Assembly: GCF_001194135.2 (NCBI RefSeq)
Contig: NC_069003.1
Location: 31,937,463-32,001,462 of the forward strand
Direction of reading: 5' to 3'
From: Octopus bimaculoides
Taxonomy: Eukaryota
DNA length: 64,000 nucleotides
The notes below the pieces were generated by a model. The model worked only from the letters and a program-made list of their open reading frames with translations. It was not told the DNA's origin and searched no databases. The position numbers and the translations under genes were made by a program. Below are positions 54,648 through 64,000 of the stretch, in pieces. Within the stretch, counting starts at the first letter, position 1. Each line of letters starts with the position of its first letter.

Positions 54648-56431
54648 CTGAAAAAAAAACAAAAAAAAAAACAAAAAAAAAAACATGATTTATCAATCAC
54701 TGAATGAAATTTAACAGTCAATAAATCAAAACTCCAGACGGTAAGGAATATTACCCTTCTGCTTATTTATTTGCATTCTTTTGCTTTAATCAGGCATTAT
54801 CTTGTAGCTTTGTGACTTAATTAATGTGATTGAATATTTTCAGAATGATATTGTAGGGTAGGTGTGGGAAACCAAATTTAGTTATTTTGAGCACAAATCA
54901 GGTAAGAGTATCTTGGCTAGATAAGGCCAGTTGAACCTTTAGCATTCAGATGACTCTATCAAATGTAAAGCTTATTTATTCACATTGTTTTCAATTAATT
55001 ATGCATTATCTCACAGCTTTGAGATTTCAATAATATGATTATTTATTTTCAGAATGATATTGTAGGATATGTGTGAGAGGCCAGATCTGGCTGGTTTGAA
55101 CATAAAACAGATAGGAATAGTTGAGCCGGAAATGGCAAGTTTAAACGCTAAAGAGTTAAATATGCTATGACTCAGATCTGAATCTTGGAGGACATTTTCA
55201 TGTAATGGTCTCAACCTCATGTTCTTTATTCTGTACCATCAAATCAACGAACAATCCCTGACAAGCACTTTCTGTATGTCAATAACCTTTTTAGAAGAGA
55301 ATAACAAAGAAAGATTTTCTTCTCCCCATTGCTTTCGTTCAGGCAATTTTTACAAGACACAGACAAGTTTGCCTTGCCCCACCTGTCCGATACAGTCACA
55401 AAATAAAAGATCAGAATGTGATTGTTATTTTCAGAATGACATTGTTGAATAGGTGTAAGAGGTTGGATCTGGCAACTTTGAACATATCTATGCTAGATAT
55501 GGCCAATTTAAATGCTAAGTGATTAATATATCAGGTTAGATAGACATAGCCATGATGGGGACGATGTGGTCATTCAACTTGCTAGAAAAAACAGCCATAT
55601 CTCCATCAAATCATTCCTCTACCATTTAAAGAAAATAAGCAAATAATGAATAATGAAATCTGGAGAAATATCACAATATATGAGGAAGGTGGGGATTGTC
55701 ATGGCTGGAAGGCATTTAAGATAAGAGAGAAGGCCAAACAACAATAATAACCACAACAATGAATACATTTTTTAAAAAATACATATTTTAGTGTCATGAT
55801 AAACTTGATTATAATAAAGTAACCTATATAAATCAATGAGAAAGAAAAGCAAAAAATAAATGGGATGGTCAAGGATAGAATGTCTTTTATCATAGGCCTA
55901 CTCGATCAGGGTTTACCTATGACTAAACAACAACAACAACAAAAAAACACCACATAACTACAAAGAAACTGTAACAAAAAAAAAAATCCTAAAATAAAAT
56001 TTAAAAAAAACTACATATTTTAGTGTCAACTAAAAAACTTGGTCATGAAGAAATAAGAAATTCAAAGTGACAAGACAAAAAAAAACTAAAAAATCTTAGC
56101 ACAAAAAAAACAAAAAAACAAAAACAAAAACAAAAGGGAAGCCTCTTAAACTAAACTAAACTATTTAACAGTGTTATTGTAACTTTACAAACATGACTGA
56201 GAGAGTAACAGTGTCAGAATCGTAGCCACAATGACAGGTCTGGCATGAGGCACAGCTGGTGAAAAAATATTCTACTTGTTGTGTAAGTTCCCAGTTAAAC
56301 AAAAGCAGCCAGGTTGATAATGAAGTGTCTGCAGGGTCAAATATATTATTACCAAACTAACGTTAAAATAACTGACATCATTCTAAGCGTGTAATTGGAT
56401 TAGCGATATTCCTAGTGACTTATCAATCTAT

Positions 56432-56463
<32 letters not shown>

Positions 56464-58842
56464 TTATCTATACACACACACACACATATACATATAAAAG
56501 CACTCTGTCAGTTATGATGACGAGGGTTCCAGTTGATCCGATCAACAAAACAGCCCTGCTCATGAAATCAATGTGCAAGTGGCTGAGTGCTCCATAGACA
56601 CATGTACTCTTAACGTAGTTCTCAAAGAGGACATTTTCAGGCAATTTTTACAAGACACAGCTAGACATGGACAAGTTTACCTTGCCATACCTGTTTGATA
56701 TAGTCATAAAATAAAAGATCAGAATGTGATTGTTATTTTCAGAATGACATTGTTGAATAGGTGTAAGAGGTTGGATCTGGCAACCTCGAACACATCTATG
56801 CTAGATATGGCCAATTTAAATGCTAAATGATTAATATATCAAGTTAGATAGACACAGCCATGATGGGGACGATGTGGTCATTCAACTTGCTAGAAAAAAC
56901 AGCCACATCTCCATCAATCTATCCAAACTAAAATCTACAAGAAAGTGCAGCAATATGTGTAGTCATGAACCTCTAGTGGCTTGTTGCCTGGAAGATATCC
57001 AAAAAATTACACATAATTCTGAATGTACAGATTCAACTTTCAACCTACCAATAAATACTCTCCTATCATGATGCCTTTGTAACAAAGGATGGCAGCACAT
57101 CAGTCTATATTCAAATCCTATTACCACCACCATTCTTTATTACCAACCATCATTCCTTTTTCTGAATCTCTCTCTCACTTTCCCATTATTCCCCACCATC
57201 ACTTATTATTTACTCCAATCACTTCCAATTCTTTGGGCCATCAACCATTTTCATTGCTACCCCCACACTCTCTCAAATTACTTCATCCTCTATCACCTGT
57301 TGTCATACATTGCCTCCTTTCTCTTTCTCTCTCTGCCTTCATCACACTACTCATACTGTTTCTATTCAATCCGCTTACCAACAATCATCATGTAGCTGAC
57401 TATCCCTCCCTCTTCTATTCCTCAATATTCTCTCTTCCATCACCCTCTTACTCCAGTTCTTCTGATTCTTCTTTTCTTTTACTCTTCAACCACTCCCCTA
57501 CCCCACTCTCTCTTGCTTTCTTCCCATCCAGCTGCATGAAAAAGAAAAGAATAAATGTACTGAGACAACACAGGGAAAAGAGATTCTCTTTAGTTTTTTG
57601 AGAGAGAAACAGAACAATTCTCAAGGTGGTCCTTTCTTAAAATGCACCCAGTGCCTCTCAGTTGGGTTGTTGGTAGAAAGGCCATCCTGCCTCAGAAACC
57701 ATGCCAAAATGGAACATGCAGGCAAGAAATAACTTCTCAGCTTATCTAGATGGGCAAAAGCTCTGAATAAGGATTGGCTCAAATCATAATGAGCTGTTCA
57801 TTTGTTGATTTCAAAAGAATATTTCCTTTGAGAGAACTCAACAGTCAAGTCGTAAAATAGTCTTTCCAAAGTAAAATGCAATAACACAAAAACAGTAATT
57901 TAAACAGTGATTGCATGTTCATTTTCATTTAAAATCTCTTTTTAATGTTCATAGTAGAAAATAAAATAAAAATTATTGAAAAAGATTTCATATTTTGATA
58001 AATATGAAAGAAAAGAATGAAAGTAAAAAAAAGTTTAAGTGTTCAAACTTAGAAACTAAAATGAACAAAATAAAATAAAATGAGTTTCCTTGCACAATGA
58101 AGATTGCTATATTTTGTAAGTGTCTACTCATAAAATTAGTTGTTAGCAATAGAGATGCAAATGTCAAGTTGGCTAGCTACTTAATAATTTGCATAGTCCA
58201 TGGCAAAACTGTTTGGATATAAGAAAGAACAACACTGAAAACATAATTTTTTGATGCAGGTTAAAAATACAAAGTACAGGGGGAGAAAAAAAAATTATTA
58301 AAAAACCTCCAAAAAAAAAAAAAAGGCAAAGAAAAACCAAGCCCTCATCTTCCACTGATATGATGGGTAGGGGTGGTCGAGGAAATTTTGGCAAACTGTT
58401 TTTGTCTTCAGTTTGATTACATTCTCCCCTCCTGACGTACATAATTGACATGATGTATGCATTAGTAAGGCTGTTTATATTAGATTCGTTTTACTGATTG
58501 CAAATTAATAAATGTAAGGTGTTTTAACATAAGAGAAGAGAAATTGAACAAGAACAATGACGATGACGACAACAACAACAGCAACAACCACGGCAACAAC
58601 AAATCAGTTTTTACAACAAATAAAAGAAGGAATGAACAAGGCAGAAAATAGCAAGGTGGATAAGAAAGTCATTTTCTTCTGAGTTTGACAGAATATGCCA
58701 GACGACAGGGCAATCATTGTTTGTGACAGCAATTATTGTAAGTAAATGTAAATGATACAGGTTAGAATTAGGGTTGAACAAGTTTCACACGATGGGACTT
58801 TTGAAAGGAAGAATAACTGAGCGAGGAACAATAGTAGTGGAG

Positions 58843-59036
58843 AAAAAAAAAAATGAAAGAAGTAAAAAAAAAAAATGAAATAAGTAAAAAAAAAATGAAA
58901 TAAGTAAAAAAAAATGAAATAAGTAAAAAAAAATGAAAGAAGTAAAAAAAAAATGAAATAAGTAAAAGAAAAATTAAATAAGTAAAAAAAAATTAAATAA
59001 GTAAAAAAAAAAATGAAATATGTAAAAAAAAAAAAA
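58843..59036 (+). repeat. A-rich tandem repeat (A8-12 TGAAATAAGT), about 9 units
   Basis: Direct inspection. Confidence 0.85.
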
Positions 59037-59437
59037 GCAACATACCAATGATGGAAAAAATATAAGAGAGAGAGAGAAATGTAAACAAAGATGGAGTAAG
59101 GACAAAATTAAAAAAAAAGAAATGAAGAAAAACAAAGACAGAAAAAGATAAAATTAAAGCAAAAACAAAGCCCTGAGATGTTTTCTATTATTTATAACAA
59201 TATCCGGTGTATCTAATTTCACCTTGAAGTTTTGAAGTCATTTAGTCAGACAAAAGTATATGATGAGATAGTGAAAGGTAGGGGAGAGTAAAATAACAAA
59301 GATATATCCAGATATTTAAGACAGCCCGTCTAGTAACCATGATCAGAGTGCCACTAACTAGAGGGGAAGAAAGAAGCAGGTGGCAGATCTTGTCTAGTAG
59401 TAACTGCTGTACAACATTCCCAGTATTTTTCATTATA

Positions 59438-62400
59438 ATGGAGACAGCGTTCGCTTTGGGATTGATCCTGCTTTTATATAGCGCTGCTACTATAACAGCA
59501 CGGCCGAATGCGGGAGCACGGTCGGCCGAAGAAGAGACCAATTTCGAAACAATGGTTCGGTTTTTGGTCAAGAAGCTCAATTCAAATGAACACCTACTAC
59601 AACTCTTGGAACATAGATTCGAGAAGATGTCTGGAAATGTAAAAGTACATGCCTTGCTATTACAAAGACTCAAGAACGAACTGAAAAGTTACAGAGCAAG
59701 AAAGCAGAAACTAAGTGGAAACCTAACTACTAAGGATAATCCGTTATATTCTGATGGCACAAATAAACGGAGAGTACTGCACAGAGCAAGACGGCAGGCA
59801 GCTTACAGTTTTTTAAGCCCAGAGATTCTTGAAACGCTTGCACAACAAGAAAGAATCGGTGTCAATGACACCCCCATGGTGTTTGCCAGTGATCCACCAC
59901 CTTTATTTCCTCAGGAGCTGATTTTCGTGAGTGCTCCAAATGTGCAGAGCACGCCAGAAGAAAACCTTGGGGAAACTACCGCGACTGTTACGGTTAGCAC
60001 AGCCCCTCCTTCAACAAGTCCCACAGCAGAATTGAGAATTAAACTGCATCATAACGTAGATAGCAATCCAACCAATGCCCAAAGCCAAGGACAACCACAA
60101 CCACAGCCACAACTTCAAGAACAACCTCAACCTCAACAGCAACAACCACCACCTCAACAACAACAACAACAACAACCCCAACAACAACAGCCACAACAGC
60201 AGCAGCAACAACAACAACAACAACAACAACAACAGCAACAATACCGAGGTTCAGACAATCTTGTTTTGCCACAACCAAAAGCAACTCCACAACCAGGTGT
60301 ACTCAAGGAAGCTGATGAAGAATACGAAGCAGGAGATAATTATTCATCGTCAGCAGGTAATTCTTGGAGTAAATTCAATAAATCTGAAAAGAGCTCAGGC
60401 TCGGGACAGCGAACGGAACCGGATGAAATGGAACATGGAACCAAGAAAGGCTCTGGTAGAGATTCAGAGGGAGATGAACACCATAAAACCAGGTTCAATA
60501 CTCATTCACGTCTATTTGGAAAACAGCATGGAAACAAAAGGAACTTCAAAGGCCCTCAAAAGAAAGACAGTGATTATGAGGTCTCCGACAAAGAAGAACG
60601 AGCATTTGTTCGTAGTAGTGAATATGAAAACTCAGAAACAAGTGGATTATCAAGGAAACGGCGATTTCAACCAATGGCCATTCGTGCTCATGATCCAAGA
60701 GTTGATTATACACCTGAAATGAATTATCCTTTACAACCAGACAAAGGCCAGGAAACAGAAGAGAGTCAACCTTCTGAAAATGGAAAATCTAGTAACGCTG
60801 GCATTGTTTGGATTTCAAAAGACAGTCGGAATGAACTGGGTACGATAGAACCAGAAACAAAATCTGGACAACAGAATTCTCAAGACAACTTAACAATTTT
60901 TCAAAGAATTGATGGTTCTTCTCAAGATTATCCAGGGAATAAAGAATCAGGAGCAACCAACAAACAAGATACGGATGAGTCTAAAACGGCACAGAGTGAA
61001 AATGGAGAACAAGCAGGTCAGGAACAACAAGGCCAGCAAGAGGCAGATACGACAGACACGAAGGGAAGTAACTCACAGAATCAGCCAGGAACTGATGATC
61101 ACAAAACACCTTATCTTTACCCAGGAATAGATGAACATGGAATCCCACATGCTTACCCTGGGGTAGACGAACATGGAATCCCACATCTGTACCCAGGAAT
61201 TGACGAGCATGGCATCCCGCATCTTTATTCCGGTATAGATGGATATGGAATTCCGTACGGAGGCCAAGTTGGCGATGAGTACGGGACTCATCTGTTGCCT
61301 ATTGAAGAAAGCAACAATCACAAACACAATGTGCCAACTGGTGTGCAAAATGGCATGATAGACAAGAACAGATATGAAGGGATGTATCCAGGTGACGGTT
61401 TTCTAAACCCTCCGTATGGTGCAGAAAACTACTTGGACTTCCCACTTGATGGCGAAGCTGGTCAGATGAACATTCCGGAGGAAGAAGAAAAAAAAGATGG
61501 ATCTGATGAAAGCAGTGATGAAGATACTAAAGGTGCAGCGTTGTCTCACAGTAAATATGGTGGAGTTAGACACATGGAAAGACTAAGAGCAGGAGATATT
61601 ATATCCTCAGCAGAAAGACCAGCATTTAATATGGATCTTTATCCAGCAGAATCAAACACTTTGGCCGATAACAGTGCACAAGGGGACAAAGATTCAGAAG
61701 AATCTGGAGAAGCACCAACTCACAACGCCAGAAGTTACCATGGTGATTACCACGACCCAGTCAACAGTCAGTTGTTTATGTTTAACAAAGAATATCCTGA
61801 TAAGAATTCGTTGTTACACAAAATCCAAATGGCTGCCAACCAAAGGAATCCAATATATTCAGGAATAGATCCAGACGAAAATCAAAGTACTGACAAGCAG
61901 AACATGAATTATGGCAGACCAAACTACAACATAAATCAAAGGCATGACAGTAATCCTGGCAGGTATTTACCAAATTCAAACAGACAAGGATTTAATAGGG
62001 ATTTTAGACGTCGGAGTTTTGATGGGATGAATAGAGGAATTCATGATACAACATCCAATCGATTTGGATATGGCACAATGTCGGATCACTCGGGTTACGA
62101 CAAAGGCTTTGATCGGTTAAACTACGAGTCTAGATTGTTCGGTAAACCCTTTTACAACACAAATCCAAAGGGATACTATCACAGTCAAAACAGGGGTTAC
62201 AACAACAACCCTTTCTCAAACTACAACAGTCAACCAAACTACAACAGTCAACCAAACTACAACATGGGGTCGAAAAGAAGCAGACATATGATCCAATCTA
62301 ACAGCAGGTCAAATCTCCATTCTATGCAGAGGATGCATAACCTACCATTCAGCAGATATAATACCAAAAGTGGATACAATGCAGAGAACAGTTACAATAA

Positions 62401-62662
62401 CAACCAGTATTACGATATTGGAAGAAACAACCGAGTAGAAAGCAGCTACACATCACACACCAGAGGCACTGCCTATCCAGCTTCAGATGAACAAGATGAG
62501 ATATTTGGCACTGACGCCTATTACAACAATGACAGTGGAGAAGTAAGAGATGAACGAAAGAACAATGCCAATAGCAACACCAACAACAACAATAGCAACA
62601 AAAATAACAACACACATCATGACAGTGCTGAGAGAAGAAACAGCAATAATTTCATGTATTAA
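59438..62662 (+). CDS. Uncharacterised secreted, cysteine-free, low-complexity precursor protein (1074 aa from the likely start Met)
   Basis: 3.2-kb uninterrupted ORF in otherwise stop-rich DNA; ATAATGG start context; signal peptide METAFALGLILLLYSAATITA; RARR and RKRR furin sites; polyQ; internal peptide repeats. An in-frame upstream ATG lies at 59339. Confidence 0.85.
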   Translation: METAFALGLILLLYSAATITARPNAGARSAEEETNFETMVRFLVKKLNSNEHLLQLLEHRFEKMSGNVKVHALLLQRLKNELKSYRARKQKLSGNLTTKDNPLYSDGTNKRRVLHRARRQAAYSFLSPEILETLAQQERIGVNDTPMVFASDPPPLFPQELIFVSAPNVQSTPEENLGETTATVTVSTAPPSTSPTAELRIKLHHNVDSNPTNAQSQGQPQPQPQLQEQPQPQQQQPPPQQQQQQQPQQQQPQQQQQQQQQQQQQQQQYRGSDNLVLPQPKATPQPGVLKEADEEYEAGDNYSSSAGNSWSKFNKSEKSSGSGQRTEPDEMEHGTKKGSGRDSEGDEHHKTRFNTHSRLFGKQHGNKRNFKGPQKKDSDYEVSDKEERAFVRSSEYENSETSGLSRKRRFQPMAIRAHDPRVDYTPEMNYPLQPDKGQETEESQPSENGKSSNAGIVWISKDSRNELGTIEPETKSGQQNSQDNLTIFQRIDGSSQDYPGNKESGATNKQDTDESKTAQSENGEQAGQEQQGQQEADTTDTKGSNSQNQPGTDDHKTPYLYPGIDEHGIPHAYPGVDEHGIPHLYPGIDEHGIPHLYSGIDGYGIPYGGQVGDEYGTHLLPIEESNNHKHNVPTGVQNGMIDKNRYEGMYPGDGFLNPPYGAENYLDFPLDGEAGQMNIPEEEEKKDGSDESSDEDTKGAALSHSKYGGVRHMERLRAGDIISSAERPAFNMDLYPAESNTLADNSAQGDKDSEESGEAPTHNARSYHGDYHDPVNSQLFMFNKEYPDKNSLLHKIQMAANQRNPIYSGIDPDENQSTDKQNMNYGRPNYNINQRHDSNPGRYLPNSNRQGFNRDFRRRSFDGMNRGIHDTTSNRFGYGTMSDHSGYDKGFDRLNYESRLFGKPFYNTNPKGYYHSQNRGYNNNPFSNYNSQPNYNSQPNYNMGSKRSRHMIQSNSRSNLHSMQRMHNLPFSRYNTKSGYNAENSYNNNQYYDIGRNNRVESSYTSHTRGTAYPASDEQDEIFGTDAYYNNDSGEVRDERKNNANSNTNNNNSNKNNNTHHDSAERRNSNNFMY

Positions 62663-63139
62663 GATATTTGCATTCTGATGAGTTAGCTTCTGCCCAGCTG
62701 TTAACATGAACGACCAACACAAGGTATGTTACTGAAGCACACACATACACACATTATTATTATTATTATTATTAACTCCAGTTTCGTTGGAATTTTTGGA
62801 GTCTTGCATGTATAAAGGGCTTGCTATCTGTAGCCTACAGTACCATGCTATCTATTCTTTTCAACTATCTAATACTTGCATGTTTATTTTGTATCATTAT
62901 TATCATTATTACTATTTTTAAGGTGGCAAACTAGCAGAATCGTTAGTATACCAGGCAAAATGCCTAGTGGCATTTCATCTGTCTTTATGTTCTGAGTTCA
63001 AATGCCGCCGAGGTCAACTTTGCCTTTCATCCTTTTGGAGTCAATAAAATAAATATCAATTGAGCACTGGGGTAGGGTGGGGGTCAATGTAATTGACTTA
63101 CCCTCTAGCCCAAAACTGCTTCTCTTGTGCCAAAATTTG

Positions 63140-63160
63140 AAATTATTATTATTATTATTA

Positions 63161-63197
<37 letters not shown>

Positions 63198-63490
63198 TGT
63201 TGTTATTATTACTTTATATACACACAATAGATTAAACTGGTGGAAAAGCAAAATTCCCAGCAATGGGATACAAGTAACCTTAGATGCCAAAAACCTTCCA
63301 AAGTATCCTAGCTGTCCCTAATAACACTGTTTTCTGGAGTTGCACTAAACTAGGTTTTATGCCTATTTCCTCAATCCATCTGTTCAAATCTTCAGGGATA
63401 GTCCCTAATGCCCCTATAACTACAGGGATACATTTTACACACTCTTTCCATAACACTACTTATAGCCTTGAGATAATGCCATTACCTTAT
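63140..63490 (-). mobile_element. 3' end of an R4/Dong-like (RLE) non-LTR retrotransposon next to a (TAA)n tract
   Basis: WKECVKCIPVVIGALGTIPEDLNRWIEEIGIKPSLVQLQKTVLLGTARILWKVFGI* (stop at 63280-63282), then a short 3' UTR and (AAT)n. Confidence 0.75.
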
Positions 63491-63801
63491 TTTAACACTT
63501 TCAATACCAACTCATCTAAGTTCAAATCTAATTCTATTATAGACAATCATATTTTTCAAGTATTCATATTTGAATTAAAAATATCCATTACGATTTTCTC
63601 TAAGACCATTTTCTTGAGTTATGTTGTGAACCAGTTTAATATTGGCAAAAAAAAATTTAAGTATTTTTGTCAATATTAAACTGCAAATTCATGATTATTT
63701 TCAAAATTGAATGGAACGCACAAACATATATTATGACACTAAGAGATATGCAGACATACATCTGTATATGTGTGTTGAGTGTCTGGAGTGGTGTACAGAT
63801 A

Positions 63802-63928
63802 CAGGGTGTCCACAAGATCTGGGTACATGGATTAAATGAAATCATTACATAAACAATTAAATATAAGAAATAATAATTTCTTAAAGTATGTGTTAATCCC
63901 CATGTACCCAGACATTGTGGACACCCTG
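63802..63928. mobile_element. 127-bp Tc1/mariner-type MITE, TA TSD (second copy)
   Basis: Same length, TIRs and interior as 18825-18951. Confidence 0.88.
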
Positions 63929-64000
63929 TATATCAATAAATACAAAGTTAGTAAAAGTTGGAGAAATATGATTTATTTATTAGTTATCACTTCTATTCAC

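Noticed and set aside
57452-57531. Possible minus-strand DNAJC21 exon (LDGKKARESGVGEWLKSKRKEESEELE) with AG/GT ends
   Set aside because: No similarity to DNAJC21 and embedded in generic purine-rich low-complexity DNA; cannot be fully excluded.
59339-59437. Upstream in-frame ATG giving 1107 aa
   Set aside because: The extra 33 aa precede a clean signal peptide, and a candidate acceptor at 59423 lies between the two ATGs. Met34 is preferred, but this is not proven.
59242-62722. Antisense and alternate-frame ORFs overlapping the 1107-aa ORF
   Set aside because: Shadows of the polyQ and biased codon use of the main ORF; no independent signals.

Overview
Animal genomic DNA. It is AT-rich, full of microsatellites and has several N gaps. 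The SINE/MITE content and gene style suggest a coleoid cephalopod, most likely Octopus (inference). The ORF track is mostly microsatellite noise, so I rebuilt the genes by hand from splice sites. Four protein-coding loci: (1) first coding exon (PH domain) of a TBC1D2/TBC1D2B-like gene on the minus strand, 30108-30478, with no further exon found in 1-30107. (2) A complete 10-exon MTG1 (mitoribosome GTPase) on the plus strand, 33144-44828, 329 aa; its intron 2 is a U12-type minor intron. (3) The last four exons of DNAJC21 on the minus strand, 48830-54647, ending in the C2H2 finger. (4) A 3.2-kb single-ORF, cysteine-free orphan secreted precursor on the plus strand, 59438-62662. It has a signal peptide, furin sites, polyQ, a 12-aa His/Tyr/Asp repeat and two R-x-N-x-x-SRLFGK motifs, and appears to lie antisense inside a DNAJC21 intron. 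The rest is tRNA-derived SINEs, mariner/hAT/piggyBac-type MITEs, Penelope and R4/Dong-like relics, and one tRNA-like cloverleaf.
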